A stretch of 64,000 bases of DNA from a phage, in the sequence record OZ335964.1, one strand, 5' to 3'. The notes beneath the pieces were generated by a model, which saw nothing but the letters and a program-made list of their open reading frames with translations, did not search any database and had not been told where the DNA came from. The stretch's first letter is position 1; each line of letters starts with the position of its first letter. This document shows positions 36,276-44,640 of this stretch, in pieces. The position numbers were made by a program, and so were the translations under genes.

Positions 36276-36497
36276 TTAGATGATCTCTGCTTCACCATTC
36301 AGGAAGAAAGACCATGTTTTGTTAGGATAGCGAAGCGCCCATGATTCAGCAGTTTTAACACCAGCTTCGAACAATTGACGGCTGGTCACTTTAGCCATAC
36401 CATCTTCGATGGCAACGTTTTCAATAATCATCGGGTACTTAGCTCCACGCATGAAACCGAAGCCAGCGGAAGATTTGATAATTTTAACAGTTGCCAT
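36276..36497 (-). CDS. hypothetical protein (73 aa)
   Basis: Downstream of promoter cassette at 36498-36575. Confidence 0.4.
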   Translation of the reverse strand: MATVKIIKSSAGFGFMRGAKYPMIIENVAIEDGMAKVTSRQLFEAGVKTAESWALRYPNKTWSFFLNGEAEII

Positions 36498-36575
36498 TTT
36501 TGATTCTCCTAGAAAGTGTATCTCGTTTCGATGGGTGTATTATGCAATAACACCGGATCGCTGTCAACACTTTCT
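36498..36575 (-). promoter_or_regulatory. early promoter-hairpin-leader cassette (PeSL-like)
   Basis: TTGACA - 17 nt - CATAAT within GGUGUuAU/AUaACACC hairpin - leader CAUCGAAACGAGAUACAC - AGGAGAATCAAA-ATG. Confidence 0.6.
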
Positions 36576-36585
36576 AAGAAAAATT

Positions 36586-36870
36586 TTAAATTAATCGAAT
36601 ATAGCCCAGAATTTCAGCACTTTTAGCCAGTCCTAAAACTTCCCATTCAAGGTCGCCGTAGTCATAATTTGCAACCATCAGTTCACCATTTTTCATGCAG
36701 CAATCATGAGAGAAAATTTGCCCCGCATAAACTACGATAGTGATAAACTTTCCTGATTCTGGCGGTGTGGAAGACAAAGCGACCATATGACCATTCAGCT
36801 TAGTCACCAGTGATGGAACAATAAAATTCGGGCTTACCTGAATACCGTTAAATTCGTTTGTGTCTTTCAT
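36586..36870 (-). CDS. hypothetical protein (94 aa)
   Basis: Co-oriented ORF. Confidence 0.4.
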   Translation of the reverse strand: MKDTNEFNGIQVSPNFIVPSLVTKLNGHMVALSSTPPESGKFITIVVYAGQIFSHDCCMKNGELMVANYDYGDLEWEVLGLAKSAEILGYIRLI

Positions 36871-37217
36871 GCCAGACCTCGCAAAACACTAATAGCATAA
36901 TCATGCTGGTTATTCATAATATCAATTGCATTGTGATAACGAGCTAAACCATCAAGAATAAATTCTTGTTTATCCTGTTTTAGCTTAGTATCACGCGCAG
37001 CCATAAGAGCATCAAGAACAGGTCCAAAGTGATTATCTAATTCATCTTCGGTTGCAATGTTTCCTATTGCCTCGTCGATCCGTGATTCTAATTCTTGCTT
37101 TTCGTTGATCACTTGCTGGGTATATTCCAACACATCAAGAATATCGCGGGTAACGTCGCCATGATAAGGTATTCCCGCATGAAGGTGATCAATTAGTCGT
37201 TGAATGTCAATGTTCAT
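36867..37217 (-). CDS. hypothetical protein (116 aa)
   Basis: Co-oriented ORF. Confidence 0.4.
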   Translation of the reverse strand: MNIDIQRLIDHLHAGIPYHGDVTRDILDVLEYTQQVINEKQELESRIDEAIGNIATEDELDNHFGPVLDALMAARDTKLKQDKQEFILDGLARYHNAIDIMNNQHDYAISVLRGLA

Positions 37218-37552
37218 TCGTAACCCTCCTCTGAAAGCACATCCCAGATCGTTGCGTCAAGGTGCATTAAATTCCACATAATAGAGTCATAACTACCGAA
37301 GCCAGAAGTAAAAATTACATCACACTGGCGATAGGTCTTATGAAAATCGGTGGCTGTCTCTGCATCAATCGGCATATCGTCACCGGAAAGCACCAGACAT
37401 TTAAGAATCATAACTCTGTTAGCCGTTGGCGCTTGCTTAGTCTTTTCAGCATATTTTTCGATGATCCGTTTTGCCTTTTCTTCTTTGATACGTCCAGAAT
37501 AGACACGGTTTCGGTATTGATTCATAATAACTTCAATTACATCATTTTGCAT
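37214..37552 (-). CDS. hypothetical protein (112 aa)
   Basis: Co-oriented ORF. Confidence 0.4.
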   Translation of the reverse strand: MQNDVIEVIMNQYRNRVYSGRIKEEKAKRIIEKYAEKTKQAPTANRVMILKCLVLSGDDMPIDAETATDFHKTYRQCDVIFTSGFGSYDSIMWNLMHLDATIWDVLSEEGYE

Positions 37553-37751
37553 TCTTCACGGTCTCCATAATTGTTTTGTAAGCCAGTTTAAGATGATCAC
37601 CGAAAAACTTTGCAGTGTTACCCTTCGGATCGCGAAGCATGGTTTCTACGATCTCATCGGCAGTAACAATTTCACCTTTCTTTGCTGCGTGTTCTACCAT
37701 ATACTTCAAAGTTTCTTCGGAAGCAAGTGCTGCGGCTACTGGATTAATCAT
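37542..37751 (-). CDS. hypothetical protein (69 aa)
   Basis: Downstream of promoter at 37752-37812. Confidence 0.4.
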   Translation of the reverse strand: MINPVAAALASEETLKYMVEHAAKKGEIVTADEIVETMLRDPKGNTAKFFGDHLKLAYKTIMETVKNAK

Positions 37752-37812
37752 TTTGGTTCTCCTTTGTTGTCGATGTGTGCATTATGCTATACCCTATTCT
37801 TGTTGTCAACAC
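37752..37812 (-). promoter_or_regulatory. sigma70-type early promoter with conserved leader
   Basis: TTGACA - 17 nt - CATAAT (GCAUaAUGC mini-hairpin) - leader - AGGAGAACCAAA-ATG. Confidence 0.6.
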
Positions 37813-37814
37813 CT

Positions 37815-37846
37815 AAAAACGAAAAAAGCCACCCTTTCGGATGGCT
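37815..37846 (-). terminator. rho-independent terminator (possibly bidirectional)
   Basis: AGCCAUCC-GAAA-GGGUGGCU then UUUUUUCGUUUUU on minus strand; plus strand also has hairpin + TTTTG. Confidence 0.65.
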
Positions 37847-37855
37847 TTTGATTAA

Positions 37856-39994
37856 TTAAGGATTTCGGCCAGGGTAATGCTTAAATCGACCGTAACCAGT
37901 TTCAATGCTCATATCTCGTTGACGCACAATCGCCCAATAACCGTTGCAGGAATCTTGAAGATATAGATCCTTACCTTTTAGGAACTCATTAAAAATAGTG
38001 ATCTGCCAATCATAATAGACCGCATCAGCAAGACTACCCATCCAACCGTGCGGATCTTCCATCAGTTCGACAAGTTCATCAATTACCCAATATGGACAAG
38101 GGCTAAATTTACCCTTACTAAAATCGCTGAACATAGTAACGATCTTGACTTCCGGTCGAGGCTGATCGGGAATATCTGGACGTTTGTTAACTACGACTTG
38201 CACATATTTTGTGTAGCCTACAATTTCACCTTCATCTAAGTTAGTGTTATTGTTTTTGTCGGCAAATGCAACAAATTTGTAAACACCAGAATCATTTAAT
38301 GTTGCATTAGCTTTACGATATACCGGAACACTGGAATCTGCAATAGGTAATTTAATACCACTTTTACTAAATTCATAGGTCGGCACATAGTTAGATGGCG
38401 GTTTAATCATGGTTGCTTCCAGCACCAACGGATCACCCTCAGTAATTTGCACCGGATGCGGACCGTCAAATTCCATATTAGGAATTACTTCAACTTTATA
38501 GGTTGCACGTCCTGCAATATCATATCCGGTATGCGCACTATGAGGATCTCGGCTAGGACTATCGCGATATTCATGCGACCAGATACCATTATGTTCTTTA
38601 TCCGCCGCATCAGTGATCTTATATTCTTTCGTTTCAATCGGCAATTCTGTTACAAGAACATCGTTTTTCAAAATTGCTAACGAACGAGTTTGAGTCGGAT
38701 CATTACTTGCTGGAGGTTCTGGATCAACAATTTTAATAACAATAGGTTCCCCAACCTCAATACCGCTATAATCATGCTCGACGTCATAGATATCTAACAT
38801 ACGGCGATCATAAAATAACGGGCGAGAAGTTGGAGTTCTCTGCGGATCATCATCACGCGCAGGAGCTACCAACAATTGCAGGGCTACACTATTATCATAT
38901 TGCAATTTCTCAAGACTAATACGGTCATAACCAGGATCACCATATTTCTTGCTTTGTAATTGCGTACCACCTAACATCCACGTAAAGTAGACATTATTTG
39001 TTAATAAACCATAATGTCGGTTCCATGAATTATCAACAGGGGAAACTGGCATATCAATACTAACAGAAGACCCAGAAGGATAACGAAATTCAATAGCAGA
39101 AAAATCTCGGCTAAAAAATTCGTTTTCCTTGACGTTAACGCGGAATCGATGGCGCTGACCTTCCAGATACGATTCACTACTACCAGGACCATTTTCAACC
39201 TTATAGGAACGAATACAAGCGACATAATCACCTGCATCTGCTTCGGTAGCATGTTTCGTCACATATAAAGTTTTATTCTTTGATTCATAAACCAAAGTAC
39301 CATCGCCACGTTCCAGACGATAACGAACTATGGTATGTTCAGCGTCATTTGGGGCATCGTCTTCTACAGTATAATAGGCAGGTGCATATTTTTGTACATT
39401 GAATACAGCTAAATTTTCTCGAATTGTTGCTGTAAACGGATATACAAATTTAACATCACCTGTTTCGTCGCTTAATTCCATTCGATAAAGACCGGAAAAT
39501 TCAGGCCATGCGAATTTTGCAATTTTAAATTCACGATGGTCCAATCCCAAATCACCATCTACGGAATCAACTAGACCATTATTATAATACAAGTCAACAG
39601 AGATATTAGCAGGAATATTACTACGAAAAACAATTTTCGCTTTAAGTTCATCACCAATATTAAATGATGTCGGAGGATATACATGTTCAACATATGGATT
39701 ATCAAATAACTTAAATGTAAAGTTTTCCGTGCCAATATCGATAGAATCACCACTAAATGATGTGTCGCCTAGCGCATAACCTCGAACGTTTACAGACCAT
39801 CCGGTAACATCGTCTTCTTTAACGGAATCCAATGTAAATGTCGGAGAGGCACTTGTTGCTATAATCTGGTCATTTTTCTTCCAGACATAACCTTTTTTCG
39901 GTTTTGTTGAATCAGGGCTTTCATCAACAATACAGCAGCTAAAATCGTGCGGCATCCAAATCATATTATTGACCGTGGTGTTTACTACTGCCAT
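37856..39994 (-). CDS. large beta-rich protein with Ig-like motifs (712 aa)
   Basis: At least two Ig-domain-type D-x-G-x-Y motifs (EADAGDYVACIRSY; LNDSGVYKFVAF); rich in N/D/Y/T; no catalytic motif recognised. Confidence 0.5.
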   Translation of the reverse strand: MAVVNTTVNNMIWMPHDFSCCIVDESPDSTKPKKGYVWKKNDQIIATSASPTFTLDSVKEDDVTGWSVNVRGYALGDTSFSGDSIDIGTENFTFKLFDNPYVEHVYPPTSFNIGDELKAKIVFRSNIPANISVDLYYNNGLVDSVDGDLGLDHREFKIAKFAWPEFSGLYRMELSDETGDVKFVYPFTATIRENLAVFNVQKYAPAYYTVEDDAPNDAEHTIVRYRLERGDGTLVYESKNKTLYVTKHATEADAGDYVACIRSYKVENGPGSSESYLEGQRHRFRVNVKENEFFSRDFSAIEFRYPSGSSVSIDMPVSPVDNSWNRHYGLLTNNVYFTWMLGGTQLQSKKYGDPGYDRISLEKLQYDNSVALQLLVAPARDDDPQRTPTSRPLFYDRRMLDIYDVEHDYSGIEVGEPIVIKIVDPEPPASNDPTQTRSLAILKNDVLVTELPIETKEYKITDAADKEHNGIWSHEYRDSPSRDPHSAHTGYDIAGRATYKVEVIPNMEFDGPHPVQITEGDPLVLEATMIKPPSNYVPTYEFSKSGIKLPIADSSVPVYRKANATLNDSGVYKFVAFADKNNNTNLDEGEIVGYTKYVQVVVNKRPDIPDQPRPEVKIVTMFSDFSKGKFSPCPYWVIDELVELMEDPHGWMGSLADAVYYDWQITIFNEFLKGKDLYLQDSCNGYWAIVRQRDMSIETGYGRFKHYPGRNP

Positions 39995-40015
39995 GAATCC
40001 TCCTTATAACTGACA

Positions 40016-40414
40016 TTAAGCCAGTCGAGTGAGTTTATAAATTGTTTTAAAGCATAAAACTTTAATATCGTCTAAAACGCTCTGCAAAGAGCTATCAACA
40101 TCATTATAAATCTCACTAGCCATTTGCGTTAATTCCTGCAAATAGGCAATTTCGTTAATCTCCTTACGGACGACCAACGTTGGTTGATACCGACCAGTGA
40201 TCCCAATATTGGTTTCTGTGAAATTATCAACCAATTCTTGCATTTCAAGATAGAACTCTTCTAGAGCCTTATGTTTTGAATAAGACCCAGGTCCAGTTAC
40301 CCCAAAATGCGCAGAATGCATATAAGTAACGCTCATTAGGCATTCACCAATAAAGCGGTCTACTTTATTAGCTTTTCCTCCCTCGGAAGTCTGCCTAAAT
40401 TCACTGAATTTCAT
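40016..40414 (-). CDS. hypothetical protein, possible ferritin/Dps-like fold (start at internal Met)
   Basis: Segment YMHSAHFGVTGPGSYSKHKALEEFYLEMQELVDNF loosely resembles the Dps helix-A/B signature; weak. Confidence 0.3.
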   Translation of the reverse strand: MKFSEFRQTSEGGKANKVDRFIGECLMSVTYMHSAHFGVTGPGSYSKHKALEEFYLEMQELVDNFTETNIGITGRYQPTLVVRKEINEIAYLQELTQMASEIYNDVDSSLQSVLDDIKVLCFKTIYKLTRLA

Positions 40415-40700
40415 TATATCGATTCTCCATTTTATTAAGCACAATAAATTGATTTGCGGCATACTCTCCCATCATGAAACAATGTTTAGCATCCATACAT
40501 TTACTACGTGCGTATGTTTTCATTATGTGGTCATGAAATTTTTGACTTGTCTCCACCGATGGTTGTATTTTGTTTATATACACGATCATAGCACCGTCGA
40601 AGTAATCAGTAAAGTCACCAACAGGACACTGATCGGCACTTACGCTACCAACTGCCATAACGCATATACCCGCAACGAGTGTTTTACGAATAAATGACAT
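40401..40700 (-). CDS. rI: lysis-inhibition antiholin RI-like periplasmic protein
   Basis: 99 aa with N-terminal signal-anchor (LVAGICVMAVGSVSA); C-terminal ...QKFHDHIMKTYARSKCMDAKHCFMMGEYAANQF... parallels recalled T4 RI (...EQFYSFMRTTYKNDPCSSDFECIERGAEMAQSY...); adjacent to tk as in T4. Confidence 0.65.
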   Translation of the reverse strand: MSFIRKTLVAGICVMAVGSVSADQCPVGDFTDYFDGAMIVYINKIQPSVETSQKFHDHIMKTYARSKCMDAKHCFMMGEYAANQFIVLNKMENRYNEIQ

Positions 40701-40732
40701 AAGTCATTCCCCCAGATTAAAAATTTCAAGTA

Positions 40733-40740
40733 TATTTATA
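40733..40740 (-). promoter_or_regulatory. late promoter TATAAATA upstream of rI
   Basis: Exact T4 late consensus on minus strand ~33 nt upstream of the rI ATG, inside the loop of a 9-bp inverted repeat (40711-40747). Confidence 0.5.
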
Positions 40741-40761
40741 ATCTGGGGATATATTTACGCC

Positions 40762-41358
40762 TTAGTGGGTAGATCCATCAATAAAATGTTTACGACAAAC
40801 AGAAATATATTTATCTTCCGCACCAATTTCGATTTGAGCACCATCGCGAATAACATTACCATCTTTATCTACGCGAAGGACCATAGTTGCTTTCTTTCCA
40901 CAATGACAAATACCCTTCATTTCGACCAGTTTATCAGCAAATGCCATCAATGCCGCAGATCCTTCAAATAGATTGCCCTGAAAGTCGGTGCGAAGGCCAT
41001 AGCACAGTACAGGGATATTTGCATCATCAACAAGCGCACACAAGCCTAAAACATGCTCTTTAGTCATAAATTGGGCTTCATCTACAAATACAGCATCAGG
41101 ACGCCATCGATCCGATCTACGCTTACCTAGTGATTCACGATAAACTAAGTCGAAAAGATCATCCGATTTAGTGAACGTAATAGCCGGAGCACTTAGACCA
41201 ATTCGGGAAACAACTTCACTATCTGAATCACGATTATCAATCGCTGGTTTAAGAATTAATACTCGCATATCACGTTCGGTATAGTTATAAGCACTTTGTA
41301 ACAGGGAAGTTGATTTGCCAGCGTTCATAGATGCATAGTAGAAATATAGTTGCGCCAT
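40762..41358 (-). CDS. tk: thymidine kinase
   Basis: 198 aa; MAQLYFYYASMNAGKSTSLLQSAYNY... and ...PVLCYGLRTDFQG...ISVCRKHF near-identical in pattern to E. coli/T4 Tdk. Confidence 0.95.
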   Translation of the reverse strand: MAQLYFYYASMNAGKSTSLLQSAYNYTERDMRVLILKPAIDNRDSDSEVVSRIGLSAPAITFTKSDDLFDLVYRESLGKRRSDRWRPDAVFVDEAQFMTKEHVLGLCALVDDANIPVLCYGLRTDFQGNLFEGSAALMAFADKLVEMKGICHCGKKATMVLRVDKDGNVIRDGAQIEIGAEDKYISVCRKHFIDGSTH

Positions 41359-41651
41359 TAATTAATCTCCAAAAATCCAGCAAGACCTAAACCAACATAA
41401 ACCCAGATGCAAAGGAAAAAGAAGCAAACACCCATAGCAAAGATAAATCCGCGTAGTGTCTTTGGATAACCTACCCAATATTCCCGACCATCTTCTAACC
41501 GGATCAGTTTATTGCCTTGAGAGTCCATGTCAATCACAACATGCTTATTTCGAGATTGCAATAGATATTGTTTTACAATCTCTACACCCGCCATAATAAC
41601 AATAACGAAATTAAAAGTCCACATAACAAGGTTAATGATAGTCTCAAGCAT
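41358..41651 (-). CDS. small membrane protein (97 aa)
   Basis: Hydrophobic helices at both ends. Confidence 0.4.
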   Translation of the reverse strand: MLETIINLVMWTFNFVIVIMAGVEIVKQYLLQSRNKHVVIDMDSQGNKLIRLEDGREYWVGYPKTLRGFIFAMGVCFFFLCIWVYVGLGLAGFLEIN

Positions 41652-41886
41652 TTTCTATCACCTCCACCCAATCAGGCGTTTCCTGAAATACTCCTTCGCC
41701 TTCGTGGTGGATGCATCCTTTATTGCTACAATACATCCACCAATCCCACATTCCCCACGGTAAACGCTGCATATCGTCGTTACAGCAAGTGAAGATGATA
41801 GGCCAACCACATCTAACACATCGGCAGTTTTCTTTCATGTGAGCGGTATTAGGCTTCTTCATAGATGACTCCAATATAATCGACAT
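41644..41886 (-). CDS. Cys/Trp-rich hypothetical protein (80 aa)
   Basis: CRCVRCGW...FTCCND...YCSNKGCIHHEG. Confidence 0.35.
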   Translation of the reverse strand: MSIILESSMKKPNTAHMKENCRCVRCGWPIIFTCCNDDMQRLPWGMWDWWMYCSNKGCIHHEGEGVFQETPDWVEVIENA

Positions 41887-42089
41887 TTACATTTAGGGCA
41901 ATGCGGTTCTTTAATATAATACCCGTCTGTCTTTGGAACACTAACAGGAGCGGTTTTTATATTGTATTCAGTGAAACAACGAAAACAAGTTACGTTTTCT
42001 ACAGACTGACGTTTCACCCAATCACCGGAATAGAGATCATTTTTATTTGTCATATTCAACCACCACAATGTTAATGTCTGGAGTAGCAA
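41859..42089 (-). CDS. zinc-ribbon hypothetical protein (76 aa)
   Basis: CFRCF...CPKCKC motifs. Confidence 0.35.
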   Translation of the reverse strand: MLLQTLTLWWLNMTNKNDLYSGDWVKRQSVENVTCFRCFTEYNIKTAPVSVPKTDGYYIKEPHCPKCKCRLYWSHL

Positions 42090-42498
42090 TATTAATGATC
42101 TCTTCTACACATTCCCACTCAAGGCCACCGATACCGCAACCGATTTTAGGAATATAGAAAGGCTGTATAGCACCTTCAAAAACATCATTGATAGTCTCAA
42201 ATCCTTTCAGGATAGCACCATATTCAGCATTTGGACCCGGTCGGAATTGGGTATAGAGATTCACCCCGCACCAGTTATAACCATTAACTTGATGCGTCCA
42301 GACACTAAACCCACCCAGCTTTTCTACCTTACCGCGAGAAGTTTGCTTGTCAATTTCTAACGCTTGCGGGAACTCTTTCGCGATATCCGCAGCAATACCA
42401 GCGCCCATAGTATGAAAACAATTACAACCATGAATTAAATGACCGTTTCCTTGTTTAAACAGGGCGATGAGATCGCCCTTTACAGTATCAATAATCAT
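42043..42498 (-). CDS. macro domain protein (TARG1/OARD1-like)
   Basis: 151 aa; GDLIALFKQGNGHLIHGCNCFHTMGAGIAADIAKEFP and C-terminal FYIPKIGCGIGGLEWECVEEIINI match the pattern of TARG1-type macrodomains as recalled. Confidence 0.55.
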   Translation of the reverse strand: MIIDTVKGDLIALFKQGNGHLIHGCNCFHTMGAGIAADIAKEFPQALEIDKQTSRGKVEKLGGFSVWTHQVNGYNWCGVNLYTQFRPGPNAEYGAILKGFETINDVFEGAIQPFYIPKIGCGIGGLEWECVEEIINIATPDINIVVVEYDK

Positions 42499-42513
42499 AA
42501 TATAAACCTCTCA

Positions 42514-42873
42514 TTAGTCACGGGAAGACAACCCAGCCATAAAACGGCTTAAAAGCGTGTCACGATAAGCAAAGCATAATTGCTTATCAGGGGCAGTATC
42601 ACACAGGTTGCGTTTTGTTTTAGCAAAGCTGGCAATACTCAGATCCCACGCTCGATTTTTTCGTTTTTCATCTCGACCTTGTTTGTATGCCTCGTCAAGT
42701 TCAAGTGCGATAAAATCGCTACACATGTTATCATCATCACAGAAGGTTTTAATGATCTTTTTGTTGATCTCAAATCCTTTGTATTCGACCTTTGGATAAG
42801 GGCGCTCATTACTAGCAAGCGCACCAGCCGAGAACATCATAGCAATCATAGCAATTATTGTCAACTTTTTCAT
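42514..42873 (-). CDS. secreted/periplasmic protein (119 aa)
   Basis: N-terminal signal peptide MKKLTIIAMIAMMFSAGALA. Confidence 0.45.
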   Translation of the reverse strand: MKKLTIIAMIAMMFSAGALASNERPYPKVEYKGFEINKKIIKTFCDDDNMCSDFIALELDEAYKQGRDEKRKNRAWDLSIASFAKTKRNLCDTAPDKQLCFAYRDTLLSRFMAGLSSRD

Positions 42874-42880
42874 ATATTCC

Positions 42881-43471
42881 TCAATAGCGTTTAGTTTTAA
42901 GAATGCCTTTACTCTTTAGATGGTTAGCCTTTTTTAGTACGTCATCAGCATAACCCAATCCGGCTTTATAGTTCCATCCAGCATTGTAAGAAGCTAGCGC
43001 GAGTCGGATATTACCGTTTCGAACATCCAGCCAGTATGCTAACTCATCCATCGCGTAGAATGCAGAAACCTCGCGATTCATGATAAATTTGATAGTCTGG
43101 CGATCACTCATTTTAACACCGCGCTTTGCATTTTTCGCTTTCACCGTTTTAAGGTAATTTTGAAATAATCCATAAGCATGATGATTTTTCTTTGGTGCTA
43201 AGTTTGCACCCGCGCTTGATTCTTGCCATGCTATACCCGCCAGGATGTGGCCTAAACCCTTTCCGTCATAGCGAATATTCGGATGGTCATTTTTCAACTT
43301 ACCGCTTTTCTCGAATTGTTCGCCATATTGATAGGCGAAATGTAAATTATCTAGTTGGTGTGCTGTAAAGTTGTCTATCGGCGCTTTTTTGATCGGTGCG
43401 CTAGTCGATGCGTGTGTAGCACCAACGGCTAGTGACAGACTCAATACTATCGCTTTTAGAACTTTTAACAT
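42881..43471 (-). CDS. secreted lytic transglycosylase (SLT-domain) protein
   Basis: Signal peptide LKAIVLSLSLAVGATHA; SLT motifs ILAGIAWQESS (catalytic Glu-Ser), YGLFQ, ASYNAGW. Confidence 0.55.
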   Translation of the reverse strand: MLKVLKAIVLSLSLAVGATHASTSAPIKKAPIDNFTAHQLDNLHFAYQYGEQFEKSGKLKNDHPNIRYDGKGLGHILAGIAWQESSAGANLAPKKNHHAYGLFQNYLKTVKAKNAKRGVKMSDRQTIKFIMNREVSAFYAMDELAYWLDVRNGNIRLALASYNAGWNYKAGLGYADDVLKKANHLKSKGILKTKRY

Positions 43472-43556
43472 TAATTTCTCCTGTTTGGCTTAACTTTCTG
43501 ATTCCATAATATAGCCCTATCACCAGAAAGTCAAGCATTATTTTAACCAATCTCCA

Positions 43557-43979
43557 TTATTGGTCCACTTTCAAAACAACAGCCGACATTTTACCCGCCA
43601 GTCGTTTTGGATTCTCTATAATCATTCGACAGCATAGACCGTGATATGGCTTGCCGTCTTCAATTAGGTCTACTGTCATCCCGATCCACATGTTACCGTC
43701 AGTAATTTCTAATCGATTAGGTCGGTCTTCCATTTTCAGGAAGTCGAAGATCTCCGGCAAACGAGTTTCTACCTTATTGAATAGTTCCATTGTCTTATGT
43801 TCATCGATATGACGATCGGTTAGACGGTCGATCATATGCGGACTAAAGCGAATGAAAATATACTCACCGTAACCATCATTCAAGCACTTTTCTTTGATCT
43901 GCGCATTGGTTTTGCGCATTTCGGTTTCGAAGAATCTACGCAGCTTACTACGGCGAACGTGTACATTAATTGTTTCCAT
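43557..43979 (-). CDS. regB: endoribonuclease RegB
   Basis: From internal Met: METINVHVRRSKLRRFFETE...RLEITDGNMWIGMTV...CCRMIIENPKRLAGKMSAVVLKV parallels recalled T4 RegB (...RLEITDGNLWLGFTV...CRMAIINSRRLPGKASKAVIKT). Confidence 0.75.
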   Translation of the reverse strand: METINVHVRRSKLRRFFETEMRKTNAQIKEKCLNDGYGEYIFIRFSPHMIDRLTDRHIDEHKTMELFNKVETRLPEIFDFLKMEDRPNRLEITDGNMWIGMTVDLIEDGKPYHGLCCRMIIENPKRLAGKMSAVVLKVDQ

Positions 43980-43980
43980 T

Positions 43981-44319
43981 TTATTCTCCTTTCTTAAACA
44001 AATTGCGAAGCCAGTATACAAACGGGATTTCTTTAAACTTGAACTTGTCAATAGTTAATTCTTTAGTAGCAAGATGAATACCATAAGCATCATGTGTCAC
44101 GATATGCCATTTTCTATAGCCCAAATGTGAACAACCGTCTGAATCTAGGTTAATAAGAGTTTCTCGCTCACTAGGATTATTTTTCCACAATTTTGTAACC
44201 GGGTCGCACATAATTCGACCTAGCGTACCATGAATAATCTCACAACGGTAAAGTTTTCCAGCAGTGAGATAGGCGCACCCGTCATAGTCGGTATAAACAA
44301 ACACTTCTTTAACACTCAT
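43981..44319 (-). CDS. paralog family C protein (start at MSVKEV)
   Basis: ...YTDYDGCAYLTAGKLYRC...DSDGCSHLGYRKWHIV; preceded by promoter cassette and SD. Confidence 0.45.
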   Translation of the reverse strand: MSVKEVFVYTDYDGCAYLTAGKLYRCEIIHGTLGRIMCDPVTKLWKNNPSERETLINLDSDGCSHLGYRKWHIVTHDAYGIHLATKELTIDKFKFKEIPFVYWLRNLFKKGE

Positions 44320-44380
44320 TTTAATACTCCTTTGTTGTTTCGATGGGGGTATATTACTACCCCCGATCATGTGTGTCAAC
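44320..44380 (-). promoter_or_regulatory. early promoter-hairpin-leader cassette (PeSL-like)
   Basis: TTGACA - 9 nt - GGGGGUAguaauauaCCCCC hairpin - leader CAUCGAAACAACA - AAGGAGTATTAAA-ATG. Confidence 0.6.
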
Positions 44381-44640
44381 TACTTTTTCAAGAATTTTTT
44401 AATTGCGTTCCAAAGACCTTTATTCTCAGGTTGTTTTGGTTCTTCGATCAGCGTCCATGTTCGACCGTCTAAGTGTGCACAATTTTTAAGGCAAATAAAA
44501 ATCTGGTGTCCCTTATCATCACGGATATAACCACTATTCGCAAATCTTTCATGTGGTGTATATTCATACAGTGTATTTGGTGTAATATACTTGCGGTTAC
44601 TATAAGGTGTCATCACATACATCATGGTACTAACTCCCAA
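44380..44640 (-). CDS. paralog family C protein (86 aa)
   Basis: ...NTLYEYTPHERFANSGYIRDDKGHQIFICLKNCAHLDGRTWTLI. Confidence 0.45.
   Translation of the reverse strand: MGVSTMMYVMTPYSNRKYITPNTLYEYTPHERFANSGYIRDDKGHQIFICLKNCAHLDGRTWTLIEEPKQPENKGLWNAIKKFLKK

Noticed and set aside
43557-44379. Long overlap of ORFs 43557..44051 and 43981..44379
   Set aside because: regB most likely starts at the internal Met (METINV..., 43979), matching the T4 RegB N-terminus. The upstream ORF likewise starts at an internal Met (about 44319) directly behind a promoter cassette and SD, so there is essentially no overlap.
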